A program made the position numbers and the translations under genes. This document shows positions 1 through 13,173 of a stretch of DNA of 64,000 bases, in pieces (position 1 is the stretch's first letter; each line of letters begins with the position of its first letter). The notes beneath the pieces were generated by a model. That model did no database searches. It was not told the origin of the DNA and worked only from the letters and a program-made list of their open reading frames with translations. This stretch comes from Octopus sinensis (taxonomy: Eukaryota), in the NCBI RefSeq assembly GCF_006345805.1, contig NC_043002.1:32240001-32304000 (forward strand), given 5' to 3'.

Positions 1-225
1 AAGCCCTGATGCAGTACCAGGCTGTGGCTCTCGTTGCTTCTGATCTTAACTGATTGGAAGTGTTTTCATGTACATTGTTTTCTCTTGGTATAAAAGATGG
101 GCTACAGCAAATATTCTGCTGAATACCACAGATTTGTTTGTTAGTTGCTTAACCTGAACCAGTTGAGCCCCTTAGTGGCTGACGATATGTGCATCTCTGA
201 TCACGAGCAGAAGTAGTGGGGGATC
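1..225. repeat. Interspersed repeat fragment abutting a (TAA)n tract
   Basis: Its end (ccagttgagc...gtagtggggg) recurs in diverged form at about 6030-6100. Confidence 0.5.
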
Positions 226-234
226 ATAATAATG

Positions 235-271
<37 letters not shown>

Positions 272-279
272 TAATAATG

Positions 280-373
<94 letters not shown>
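226..373 (+). repeat. (TAA)n microsatellite
   Basis: Read directly. Confidence 0.97.
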
Positions 374-374
<1 letters not shown>

Positions 375-1262
375 CATAAAATAAAAGTCAAAGATGGCTT
401 TCATGAATAATGTCGAAGACAACTGGAAATGTAAACTCGTGCATGGAAAATACCCTTACCGCCTCTCCAAGCTAGATATTGCTCAAAATGTAACACATCA
501 ATGGCTACAAGGGAAAAGTTTGAAAGGGGAAACAGAGCTCACCTACAAGGAACTATCATGCAAAGATCCTTAAAGATGCATCTGACTCCTCGTGCAGAAT
601 TTGCGAAAAATTCAGAGAGAATAGAACTCGTTGTTTATGGCTACCCAGTCCTCGCTGAAAAGGAGTACTTCATAAGACACGACAGACCAGGGCAGTACAT
701 CCACTGGAATGTTTGTAAATACTATAAAATTACACCTCATGAAAGTGGTACAGGCACCATTCAGAAGATGTAGTAAATAGTGAGGGCGTCACTATCCTTT
801 GGAATTTCCCAATACAAACAGACAGAAAAATTGATTCCGATAGATCAGGCATTGTGATCAAGGACTACATCAAAGAAACTTGTCTGTTAATAGATATGTC
901 TGTCCCACAAGATCAAAATATCCCAAGAAAGGAATACAAAATCTTTTTCACTAAAAAGATCTGCAAATTGAAATCACAAAAATGTGGAAGCTTAGTACTA
1001 CGATAATACCAGCAGTAATTGATGTGTTGGGAATGATAAAGAAGGGAGCTGAGAAGTATATTAATTAACTCCCTGGGAATTCTAATAAACTTGATGAGTA
1101 CAGCCCATATACTACGGAAAACGCTCTCCATCTAAAATGGAATAAATGCGGTGATAATTTTACCATGCATAGCAAAACAAAAGTGCCCTTGCTACTCTTG
1201 GCCTCCGTAGGATGCTCGTACTAAGGCATCTGAAATAAAGTTATAATGAAAGGAAACCATAA
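374..1262 (+). mobile_element. 5'-truncated R4/Dong-clade non-LTR retrotransposon relic (Zn-knuckle plus RLE region)
   Basis: Broken frames encode YPVLAEKEYFIRHDRPGQYIHW, VTILWNFPIQTDR and CLLIDMSVPQDQNI. Confidence 0.8.
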
Positions 1263-1274
1263 ATGATGATGATG

Positions 1275-1341
<67 letters not shown>

Positions 1342-1360
1342 TGATGATAATAATAATAAT

Positions 1361-1425
<65 letters not shown>
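1263..1425 (+). repeat. (TGA)/(TAA)n microsatellite
   Basis: Read directly. Confidence 0.97.
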
Positions 1426-1426
<1 letters not shown>

Positions 1427-2554
1427 GAATGACTGGATGCTAAAGCTCGTGGAAAATCACGAGAGACGAAAGAAGCTTCATTCTATCATAAAGGAAAGCA
1501 AAAAATTTGCTATTGATCTCGTGCAGGATACCCAAACTGAACAACCCGAGGGAAGTACGGCAACTATTGTTGCAAAGAAGGTGAAAATAATGGCAACGAA
1601 AAAAGCGCACGAGCAATGGCTGATAGGTGGGAGGAGAAACCTCTGCACGGCAAATATGTGGCCCGTAGCAAACAAGCTGATGTTGACCAGAAGCAAACCC
1701 ATCAGTGGCTACGGAGCTCAGGGCTAAAAGCAGAGAGCGAAGGTTTCATCCTGGCTGCTGAAGATCAAAGCCTATTAACCCGGAACTACCAGGCCAATGT
1801 GATGAAAAATGGAGCAGACCCAAAATGCCGATTCTGCAACGACATGATTTAAACAGTGGACCACCTAATCTCTGGATGTTAAGTCTTAGCACCAGTGGAG
1901 TATAAATTAAGACATGACAGAGTTGGCCAATATCTACACTGGCTAATAAGTCGGCATTGCAATATCAAAACTGCCGACAAGTGGTATAATCACCACCCTG
2001 AAGCTGTAACTGAAGGAGAAAATGTAACCATTCTGTGGGACTTTCCAGTACATACAGACCGAACCATCAAAGCCAATAAACCGGATATTGTTGTGAAAAA
2101 CCAAAACAATAAAGTTTGCTTATTGATCGACATGAGCATCCCCTGTGATCATAATATCTCGCGAAAGAGTTTGACAAGCTCAGAAAATATAAAGACCCAC
2201 TCATTGAAATTGAGAAAATGTGGCATCTCAAGGCGGTTCCAATACCAGTGATCGTAGGAGCACTAGGAATGATCAGGAAGGGAACCGAAAATTATATGAG
2301 GATGATCCCTGGCTTACCATCCCTGCAGGAAGTGCAAAAGATTATCTTAATTGGTACATCACACGTATTGAGAAGAGCATTGTCGATGTGAGAACTATTA
2401 CTACCCATGTATTTTAATTTAACTTAAAAAAAATGAACAAACTAGTGAGTTTAGTTTAATGGCCTACCAATGTATACTATGAGTTTCTTTTCCCTAGGAG
2501 TCGGGAAGACACTCGGCAAGAAATGGAAGCAAATTTGAAAGAGGAAGAAAAAAG
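1426..2554 (+). mobile_element. 5'-truncated R4/Dong-clade non-LTR retrotransposon (least decayed copy)
   Basis: KPLHGKY...THQWLRSSGLKAESEGFILAAEDQSL...CRFC, RHDRVGQYLHW, ANKPDIVV...CLLIDMSIPCD, then after a frameshift IPVIVGALG...GTSHVLRRALSM*. CCHC knuckle plus PD-D endonuclease. Confidence 0.9.
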
Positions 2555-2559
2555 ATAAC

Positions 2560-2603
<44 letters not shown>
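2555..2603 (+). repeat. (TAA)n microsatellite
   Basis: Read directly. Confidence 0.95.
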
Positions 2604-2605
<2 letters not shown>

Positions 2606-3851
2606 CACTGCTTCTCTTGAAATCAAAACTCAACTCAAGGAACCTTGTGACTGCCATGAATATATGGGCGATTCTTGTAGTCCACTACAGTGCGCCCATC
2701 CTGAAATGGACACAAGCGGAGATTAACCAACTCGATCGGACTACCTAAAAGACAATGACAATGTATGGTGCCCTCCACCCTTAGGCGAATGTACACAGGC
2801 TCACCATGAAGAGGAGTAAAGGTAGGCGCGGGCTCATTAGCGTACCGGAATGCATCAACAGTGAAAGAAGAAACATGGCAGAATATTTGGTAAACAGCAA
2901 ACAAGACCTGCTACATTATGCTGCTAATGCAAAAGGATTTATCAAAAATGTACTTGAGAGTGCTCATAATTGTGATCAAGAATAGCCAACGAGAGAGAAG
3001 AAACCCTACTCAGCATGGAATTAAATGGTCAGTTCCACCGTGAAACCATCAAATTAAGAGACCAGGAGGTAGTTCAACAAGGGTGACCTACAAAAGAATA
3101 CTGAAAGCCTAATAATCGCCGCCCAGGACCAGGTATTGAATACCAACTCAGTGAAAAAGAATATATACTATACAAGTGCAACGGACCTCTGCAGAATGTG
3201 TGGGAAGAGGGTCGAAAGCGTGACTTACATTGTTAGAGCTTGTGAAAGTCTTGCGCAGAAAGAGTACAAGCGGAGACATTACAAGGTAGCCCAAATCCTT
3301 CACTGGTTGCTAAGCCGTAAGTATTGATATGAGGTTACGGGTGCTTGGTACCAACATACATCGGTAAAGGTAATAGACGAAAAGGGAAAGGCAAACATCC
3401 CCTGGGATTTCCAGACAGACAAGGTATTAGAGCACCGGATATAGTAACCATTAGGAAGGACAAACAAGATTGCCTAATAATTGACGTGGCAGTGCCAGGA
3501 GATCAACACATTTTCATGAAGGAAAGAGAAAATATTCATAAATATGAAGTCCTGAGAATTGAGATCGCTAAGATGTGGTTATTACGAGAGTCAAACATAA
3601 AGAGTATCGCTATTGTTATCGGAGCATTGGGTTCAATACCACTCTATCTGAAAAAAAAAAAAACATCTGACAAGCTTAGAAATACACTACAATCTAGATA
3701 TATTGTAAAAATCGGCATTACTTGGAACTGTATGCATATTGCGTAAAGTACTGTCTGTCTGAGGTAGCTTGTTGTGACTTGAGAAATAGTACAAACCCTC
3801 GGTAGACACAATATCTTCAAACAACCTCACAATATTGTATACTGTGCGACT
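2604..3851 (+). mobile_element. 5'-truncated R4/Dong-clade element (end of RT, CCHC, RLE)
   Basis: Frames give WTQAEINQLDR...YGALHP...GLISV, ESLIIAAQDQVLNT...CRMC...RRHYKVAQILHW and PDIV...CLIIDVAVPGD...IVIGALGSIP. Confidence 0.85.
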
Positions 3852-3892
3852 ATAATAATAATAATAATAATAATGATAATAATAATAATAAC

Positions 3893-3924
<32 letters not shown>

Positions 3925-4000
3925 TAATAATAATAATAATAATATTAGTAATAATAATAATAATAATAATAATAATATTAATGATGATGATGATGATAAT
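3852..4000 (+). repeat. (TAA)n microsatellite
   Basis: Read directly. Confidence 0.97.
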
Positions 4001-4559
4001 TAGGTGCAATGCCTCAAATTTTGATGGAAAAAGTTACCCGACACTATCAATCTCATCATTCGATGTCGATCCCAGTGAGATTTGAACAGAGAATGCAAAA
4101 AGTAAAAAGAAATAAGCCTGAGCATTACTGTTAATTTTGAACGTTTCTTTAAGTATGAACTGCCTTGTGAATGTTAAACACTTCTATACATGCACTCCAA
4201 GATATTTCAAAGTTTTCTTCAAAGAAAGGAATTGTTCATATATTTCCGAAACCACGATTTATAAAGTTAACAGCATCAATGTCTCTTGATTAAACTGCTG
4301 GTTCATTTAGGACATGTAATGAACATTCCAGTGTGTGATTAATGTGAATCTTTGGTTTTCATAAGTTCCTCTTCAACATGTAGTTCAGAAAGGATGTCTT
4401 TTCAATATGTTAAATCCGAACAAAACCAATCGTCTTTTAGTGCCAGAGTTCAAAATAAAAACAGAGAAAACATTCGCCCACTGAACATTATTTTAAAGCA
4501 TTATACCCCTTTAAGTATCAACACTATAGGCAATACACAGTAATAGTATTAAAGAGATG

Positions 4560-5070
4560 TATGCGGTACATCCGTACTTTATGATAGACTGGTTAAACAC
4601 GTGGAGAATAATATCTTACTGGATTTACGGAAAGATTACCGGAAAGGAATGCACGGCTGCAAAGTGCAGTCATTGGTGAACCAAGCTATGATAAAAAGAT
4701 AATATAAAGAAGAAAGCAAACATTCGCATAATATAGATTGATAAATGAAGACATTCTCTGTTCATGTATACTGGAAACCCTTTACATTAATAAAGTAGCG
4801 AACTATGCTGCTAGTTGACAACATTGAATCTGACCAAGCCCTTGCCAAGTCGAACCATCAAAAATGCTGGGCAACATATGATGGTGTCGACGTAAAAAGG
4901 ATTAGACGTGTTAGACACATACTAAACATCTTACTGGATGAACATTTGACTAATGAAGCGAAAGTGGTATAAATATGCAGTAAAATGATAGACATGCTTA
5001 TCCAAACTGGCAAAGAAAGAGAGGCAAACTATAGTAATATAATAAATGAGGACAGCAAAGCAAATGTATA
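4560..5070 (+). mobile_element. Heavily decayed non-LTR RT fragment, possibly R4-type
   Basis: Broken frames resemble AWIDYKKAFDSVPHSWILETL (seen as ...EDILCSCILETLYINKV). Many stops. Confidence 0.4.
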
Positions 5071-5467
5071 CACGCCTTTAGGAATCACTATCTCTTCTGA
5101 TTAAAATATTATTTGAAAAACAAATGGAAAAGCAGATAAAATTCAAGGATCTCTAATTTGAATGAAATAAACTGCAGGAAAGTAAAAGATTGTACTAATA
5201 ATAATAATTAGAATAGCAATGACTTAAAATATCAAGAATAAATCTAAACAACACCATGTTACAAACCTAAGCCGAACCTTAATACTGGCGTTGAGCCTAA
5301 CCTTGACTTTAAACGAATCCTAAAACAGTTCTACAAGGTGCACTCCACATCTGACACAATACGCTTTTAATTCTATAACTCAAATTCAATCAATACATCC
5401 TATGCATACAACATATATCCTTTACCATACCCACCCAATATACCAAAACAATTTGTACAACAAATAT

Positions 5468-5681
5468 CCTTTTCTACTCAAGGCACAAGGCCCGAATTTT
5501 GAGGGGAAAGGACCAGTCGATTAGATCGACCCCAGTATACAACTGGTACTTAATTCATCGACCCGAAAAGATGAAATGCAAAGTCGACCTCGGCGGAATT
5601 TGAACTCAGAACGTAAAGTCAGATGAAATACTGCTAAGCATTTCGCACGACATGCTAACGTTTCTGCCAGCTCGCCACCTT
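5468..5681 (-). mobile_element. tRNA-derived SINE family A (short tail)
   Basis: Head GGCGAGCTGGCAGAAACGTTAGC, B box GAGTTCAAATTCC and core GAGGTCGACTTTGC, shared with more than 10 copies in the window. Confidence 0.85.
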
Positions 5682-6137
5682 CGTACAACACATATCGAAC
5701 GCTAAATGATATCCAACACTATGATACTAACAACATCAGTCACACACAACTACAGTACACAAGCTATCCACTGTATATTGTTAGAACAATATAGAGCGTC
5801 TAACACTAAAACATATAACACAAATCACGCATCAAATGCAACAATAACTGTACAACAAAGTAATATAACTCACATTTGCTCATATTCAGAGGAAACAACA
5901 AAAACCGTATAACAGTGCCAAATTGATGTAATATATTAACAATCACTTCATCTCCAAAATGTTGCATACACCTTACGGATGAGTACCAAGTAAAAACTGA
6001 CAAGAAATTGTTGAAAATAATAATGATAACCAGTTGAGCATGTCTCTTAATGGCTGAGATTATGTGTATCTCTTATCATGTGCAGTAGTAGTGGGGGAGT
6101 ATAAGAACCATGTGTTCAGAGGATTTTACCAGCTTGA

Positions 6138-6175
<38 letters not shown>

Positions 6176-6189
6176 AATAATAATAATAA

Positions 6190-6430
6190 TAAACCTTATT
6201 CAGGGACCTTTTGAGCCGGATGGGTTACTCGACCAGAAGAAAATTCTAACTGGGCACCACCTTCAAGGTCATGAGCTGTTTGTCTTGATATGACATCAAC
6301 ATGTCGCGCACACATGGTTGTGATGCATGTGCCTGGTGTACCCTTATCAGACGGGTAGTTATGATGGGTATACTAGGCTTCGTATATTTTAACCCAGTGT
6401 CACTTTGATGGCATGCACTGTTCTCTCACT
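6190..6430 (+). repeat. Interspersed repeat 3' end terminating in (TAA)n
   Basis: Non-microsatellite block between (TGA/TAA)n tracts, ending gcactgttctctcactc-aataataat. Family recognised from memory only. Confidence 0.4.
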
Positions 6431-6529
6431 CAATAATAATAATAATGATAATAATATTTTTCTAAATACTGTGGGATGCGATGATTCAGTGCTATCACCT
6501 GAGCAGACATTAGAAATTGTGATGATTAA

Positions 6530-6872
6530 CATGTGCCCGTGAACAGGACCAAAAGAGAGAAGAAAAACTGAAAGTCTACGACGATTTGAAGTGGAAAGTA
6601 CAAAGGCTGTGGTCAATGAGGAGGGTAGACGTGATGCTAATATTAAGTGGCGCACTTGGAGGCATCGGCACTCAACTACCAACATGACTCAAAAAGATTG
6701 GTACAAATGTAATTATAGAAGACCTATAAAAACAGCATTGCTTGGAACTTCAAGAATTCATCGCAGGGTTCTTGAAACATGACCAGTAAACAAATGTCAC
6801 CTTAGTCTGCTAGCTGTGGACAGCTGACACATTCCATAATACCTAACAGAATAAGCTGAGAGTTTTCATCAC
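6530..6872 (+). mobile_element. Extreme 3' end of an R4/Dong-clade element, followed by (TAA)n at 6873-6964
   Basis: EKLKVYDDLKWKVQRLWSMR...GALG and KTALLGTSRIHRRVLET*. Confidence 0.8.
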
Positions 6873-6884
6873 ATAATAATAATG

Positions 6885-6932
<48 letters not shown>

Positions 6933-8459
6933 TAATAATAATAATAATAATGATAATAATAATAGTGGTCTTAAATTTTTGCACAAAGCCAGTGCTTTTA
7001 AGGAGGAGGTGGTTTGTCGATTACATCGACATCAGTGTTCAACTGGTACTTATTCTATCGACCCAGAAAAGATGAAAGGCGATGTATACCTCATCAGGAT
7101 TTGAATTCAAAACATAAAGACAGCATGTTTTCGACGTAACTCCACAAGTCAACAATATTTGAGTAGTAGTCTCGCGAATGTACAATAGTTTCTTCGCTCT
7201 GCACGTATATCGACAGGCCAGGCTGACGGTGTTACAATGCCTGGATTTTATTTCGAACCAGCAACGCCCTGTAGTAGTACTGCCAGGTAAGAGATTTCTG
7301 GAAGTTATCCGTAAGTCCTGGCTCGAAAATCCTCAGGGAGAGATCAGCCAGTTCATTTTGGTCGATGTCCAGATTTTCCCCGTGGACGTCGACACACTTA
7401 CCTGCCACGAAACTTCTATAAAGCGCTAAAAATGGAACTTCCGCTGGCGGCATTACCTGAGTAGCAGAGGGCTGAACATCTGACGACACTGTAGGTGACA
7501 GGCGCTCTACCTTGCTTTATGTTTGATCCAGGAATGCTGCATATCGAAAATGATTCGGAAGGAGATTGTGTATTACAATGATTTACATGCTAAAACTATT
7601 ATAATGCAGTGCTCGTGATTTTCGACAACAAATCATCATGTTTAAGCAGTAAGAAGACACAAATAATACCAACACTGGAAGGATTCAGTCACTCGTCTTA
7701 AAATGATAAATAATACAAATGTAAACCACATTATTCAGATGAAAGTTAAAAGGAGAAAGCGCAAATCAAATAGTGGGTAAATGCATAACTCTACATCATC
7801 AGATTAAGTAAATCGGTACACGAAGCGAACGATTTCAATTTAAAAAAAAAGAAGCTAAACTATATTTCTCAACTCACGCAATTAATACAGCAACGTTATA
7901 AATGATCGCGATCACGAACGGAATAGGTTTCTGTACGTTTTGCACAATTTCCAATAACACTCACTCTACGCAGAAGGAATAATTGTAGTATTTTCGTACA
8001 AAATTTGTAGAGAAACTTCACTTTGAATTCCAACAGATTATCTAAATTAATAAGATATATTGTGAAAACTGAAAAGATGTAATAAATAAGCACTAAAAAC
8101 GAGAGAATACAATAAACTCATAGAACATTACAGCATACTAAACTACAAAAACTGAACCAATACAGCAGATACGGAGGTACGAATTAAAGATAACGATAAA
8201 TTGTAAAAATGACAATAATAAAAAGGCGGAAATGTATTAAAACTGGAAGTCGTTATATCCGCGCCGAAAGATAAAACATAAAGATGAAATTGCAAAAACG
8301 AAATAAAAGAATAAAACAAAACAAAAAATAGACTCGAACCGGAACAACGCAAGCTGAATGAAGACAGCCATGAACATTATATTACTAGATTAAACGTAAT
8401 GTTATATGCAGAAGCCACAGTAGATACAGAGAGAAGAGCGTGCTCTCTCAGATCAACAA

Positions 8460-8810
8460 AGTAAGATGACAAAGGGACCATGTCCTGAACATGCTAAGCC
8501 ACGCCAAGAAGGATATCAAGTTAAACAGAGTGGATGTGGTTATGATGGCCCAACATGTCTTCTAATCAAAGTAATAGTCCCAGCAAATAATTATATATCT
8601 CTAAAGGTAGCGAAATTATTTAAAAAAAAACAGATATTAAAATTACCCGAGTGTGGAAAATGGAAAACAACTTCAGTAATAATTGGCACCTCAGTTACCA
8701 TTTTAACATAACCAAAATCACAGAGTTGCATCCATGCACAAATTAGGGAGAATAACTCTATTAGAATTTTAATGATATTGCACAGAATCTTTATAATACA
8801 GCATAAAACC
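8460..8810 (+). mobile_element. Decayed R4/Dong RLE fragment
   Basis: TCLLIKVIVPANNYISLK...KTTSVIIG matches the RLE C-terminal pattern of the copies upstream. Confidence 0.6.
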
Positions 8811-8944
8811 AAAATCTAAAACAATAATACACTGCGTATATTCAAGACAAAAAGATGTACATTGAAGCTTTGTAGTATATGATTAATTATCATTATCATC
8901 AAGTTAGTACATGCTAATTACATTTTCAAATATGTTATCTAGAT

Positions 8945-9200
8945 GTTTGGTGACAGCAAGTCTCCTCAAATTTCAAGAAACTTTATGATTCTTGCAGAAT
9001 GCAGGATGATAATTTTCTGCAAGTTAACAGTGCGAATCTCATTTCAAATGTCGTTTGGTGTCTCAGGTTGCATTGGGCCAAATGCAGTAATTACCACAGG
9101 AATAATTGTTGTCTTAGTATTATATAGTGTATTCTGCTCTCTATCTCCCAGCTTTTTCAATTATTTTGGTGACGTGTCTGTTATCATTGGGAATCACAAA
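8945..9200 (-). mobile_element. Decayed R4/Dong 3' end, opposite strand
   Basis: Minus frame TKTTIIPVVITAFG...LQKIIILHSARIIKFLEI*. Confidence 0.6.
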
Positions 9201-9399
9201 GACTATTCTCTAATATAGTTTGTTTATTTTGTCCTCTAAGATCATATCGCTTCTTCTTACTTCAATAACAACAACAACAATAACATTAAAAAAAATTGGT
9301 GTTTTTGACCTGACCGCTGAATTACATGGAAGCAAACTCACCAATGCCTTTGTGAAGCGTCGGTGGAGAATAAACAAAGATACAAAGACACACACACAC

Positions 9400-9775
<376 letters not shown>

Positions 9776-11866
9776 TAAACTATGGTTGCAGAACAAACGA
9801 ATATAAGGTCATCCACGTAACATTTCATATCTCGAATATTTAATCACATAATGCTTTTTCTTTCATATAGAATATACATGCATAAAATCACGGAAGATGA
9901 AGCACAACTCATCAAAGAACCATATGAGAAATTGTTAAATACTCCGGCGAAAATCATTGTTGTGTCAACCTTCAAGCAGTAGCCTTTCTAGAACATTATC
10001 AGTGGTTTAAATACTTGCGTGAATAGGCAACTATCAATCTTTCAATAATGGAAAATTTTGCCCAAGCAAGTGAATACAGATGCGGACAAATGGTAAAATG
10101 CTACCGTCAGAGGTTCCTGATTTTTGTGCGCGTGCGATTATGTATGTATGCACGCAAGTGAGTGTGTGTACGTGTATATACGAGCGTGCGTGTGTCTGCA
10201 TGTGTGTTTAGAACCATATTCTTTAATATCTTTCACCGATGTAAACTTACTATGAATGCAGTTTACAGGCAAAGCCGGTGGGTTTACAAAAAATTATTTT
10301 ACAATAATGTAGTCGTTGCACCGAATTACAAATTCTCCGACCTCAGTGTTGTAAACGAAAGCAACTTTTGATGTATTGTAAACTTCTTGTAATCAATGAT
10401 GCTCTTGTTCACAAAATGTGTAGAAAATATATTTTTTAATTGTATTATATTTCCTCTTGATAAGGAAACTTATTAAGAATAAATATGCTAAATATTCCTT
10501 TCAGATCTCGCTCTATATAGTGTATATAACGATTGTATATATATTAGCAGATATAAGCACAGATATGCAGATATTTTGCGCACTGAAAGTATAAATAGAT
10601 GCCAGCTGCTTGGCTAGACTCAAATGTCCGGAGTATTTCTGGCTTATGAAACAGAACATGTCGAAATACCACCAATGAGTTAAACGTGTTGAGCTCACTC
10701 TCGTCATAAAACAATGAAATTTTCCTCCTTTGACGCGCTATAGCAACTAGCATATTTTGCGTCTGAACTTGCCTAGATATATTAAGAATGAATATGCAAA
10801 TAACGATTTAATAAAGAAAAGTTGTTATTATAGTCAACCATTCATTTATTTATGGATGCCTTTGATTACTATCTTATTCTGGTGGAAACCCATAGCCACT
10901 CATTGTTTAAAAATTAGTGTTATAGATTCTTCTTTCAAAATTCCAGTTTTGCTTTTCAATTCCTGTTTTATTTTTCAATGGGCTCGGGCGTCAGATGCGT
11001 AAAGACACAATTCGGTCTTTTAGGGATCGAGAGGGGTGCGTGCTACTCGATTGCGAGATGATTCTCGTCAATGGTACATGGCTCGACTGATTGGAGTGGA
11101 CAATGCACCAGAGACGGATGTGAAGGTATCTTAGGGCTATCAATCACGCCTGCGCGAGATGCACCCAGAGCTATGAAACCTCCTGTTCGTGCAGTACACG
11201 AGCATTGCTGTCTTGTGGAGTTGTATCGAAAAGCTGTTTAACAAGTAGAACGGATCCAGCTATCGGTCAAGTTCATCGGGAAAATCTGCTACTTTCCTTT
11301 AATCGGGATCAGCAGGTGGCTGTCTTCTGTCCGGCGGCTAAGTCAAAGGAGGTCATTTGGGATGCAAAAATACTAAAGACGAATCTTTCCATTTTGGGCC
11401 AAGCTTTTATCTACTTACTTAAGTTCCTCTTGTTAAGAAAAACAAAGGTGGAGAGGGTTGGGCTGAACACCAGTAAATTTATAAGAGTGGGTGGATGTAA
11501 CGAGAATGGTTTCGGTGAATACACTCACTCTAGACATGCGCTTGTCGGCTGAAAATTATGAAGGAAAGAAAAGCACTTGCCCTGGTGCTTCTCGCATATA
11601 GTGTGACACGTAATCTGTTGACGATCTTTTGTCAATACTGAATGGCGTTCCTCCGATTGGGGATTTTGCTGTTGTAACTTTTGTTGTTGTTTTTAATATT
11701 TACTTGTGTTTATGTACATTCCCTTTGTATTGTCTTGAATGAGCTTTGCACCACTTGTGATAAATACAGTATCATCATCATGATCAGCGTCATCATCGAA
11801 GTTTCGGTCACCCAAGCCAGCGACCGATACCCAGTGCTGAACTCACTTTTCAGCACTATTAGCTGT

Positions 11867-12177
11867 GTGAAGGCACATGGCCTAGTGGTTAGAGCAGCGG
11901 ACACGCGGTCGAGGGATCGCGGGTTCGAATCGCAGACCGGGTGATGTGTGTGTTCATGAGCGAAAACACCTAAGCTCCACGCGGCTCCGGCAGAAAGTAA
12001 TGGCGAACTTCTGCTGACTCTTTCGCCACAACTTTCTCTCACTCTTTCCTCCTGCATCTTGCAGCTTACCTGCGACGGACCGGCGTCCCGTCCAGGTGGG
12101 GAACCTATACGCCAAGGAAACCTGGAAACCAGCCCTTATGAGCCAAGCATGGATCGAGAAGGAACAAACAAGCAACA
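11867..12177 (+). mobile_element. Full-length tRNA-derived SINE (family C) with a 12-bp TSD
   Basis: A box TGGCCTAGTGG 11878-11888, B box GGTTCGAATC 11922-11931, (CAA)-like tail. TSD ACTATTAGCTGT at 11855-11866 and 12178-12189. Confidence 0.9.
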
Positions 12178-12545
12178 ACTATTAGCTGTAAAAATTAGAG
12201 GCACAATTGCGACTGAGATAGCCAGAAACTAATTTAACTTCAGAATTTTTTTACATATTCATATATGTGTTTACCTTGTCTTTCACTTGACTTGACTATT
12301 ATATAAATAAATTCTTTTCCCTTATATTATATCCATTTCCCTTTCATATATATATATATAATCAACGAAAAAATCCAGTGAAATCCGTGAAATACAGTCA
12401 GTAGATCCATTGGTAATGCAGGTGGAGTGCTAGTATGTGGATGAGGAGTCGGGCTGAAAGTTCGAAAAAGGGTTAAGATGTGCCAGTCCAAATAGTTAGA
12501 AGTTCAGTTAGAATCAAGCTGGTGTAACAACGTGAGCATATAATA

Positions 12546-12950
12546 TATGGTTGAAATTTATAGAGAAACAAAAGACGGAGACAGGTATATGAATAACAAG
12601 CAAATATGCTAGTTTGACGCTCGGGAAAAATGAAAATGTCTTTTACGTTTCGAGCCTACGCACTTCAACAGAAAGGAATAAGAGTAAATAAACAGTGAGA
12701 GAATGTAAAAAAAACGTTCAGAGTTCAGCGGTACAACATGGCTAATTCGCCATGTTGGACCGCTGAAATCTACACGTTTTTTTAATTCTCTCTCTCTCTC
12801 TCTTCATTTCACCTTATTTCTGCCTGTTGAAGAGCGTAGGCTCGAAACGTAAAATACTTCTTAATTTTCCTCGTGCGTCAAACTATTACACATGCTTGTT
12901 GTTCATATACTTGTATTCGTCTTTTGTCTTTCTATAAATTTCAACTATGC
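12546..12950. mobile_element. Fold-back element: two inverted copies of a ~200-bp repeat resembling a Penelope terminal repeat
   Basis: The arms are reverse complements around the hairpin TTCAGCGGTACAACATGGC-TAATTC-GCCATGTTGGACCGCTGAA (12724-12767). Monomers recur at 26235-26425 and 33551-33750. Confidence 0.8.
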
Positions 12951-13104
12951 ATACATACATACATATATATAATTAAAATTAGGGGTCAACTAATTATTTC
13001 AAACACGCACCGAATTTAGAAATAGGAGTCAAAATACATTTTCTACCACCATAGAGATTAATTATTAATTAATTGATTAATGAATGAATTAATTAATTTT
13101 ACCC

Positions 13105-13173
<69 letters not shown>

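Noticed and set aside
7394-7404. U1 snRNA-like 5' end (ACTTACCTG)
   Set aside because: The similarity stops after about 9 nt; it is simply the complement of a donor consensus.
7402-7488. Candidate exon 3 (ctacag...CAG|GTAAGT, 87 bp)
   Set aside because: In the phase required by exon 2 it hits TAG and shows no family motif.
11872-11945. tRNA gene (also the heads of SINE A, B and D)
   Set aside because: A/B boxes are present, but the sequence continues into SINE bodies with tails and TSDs; I found no convincing cloverleaf.
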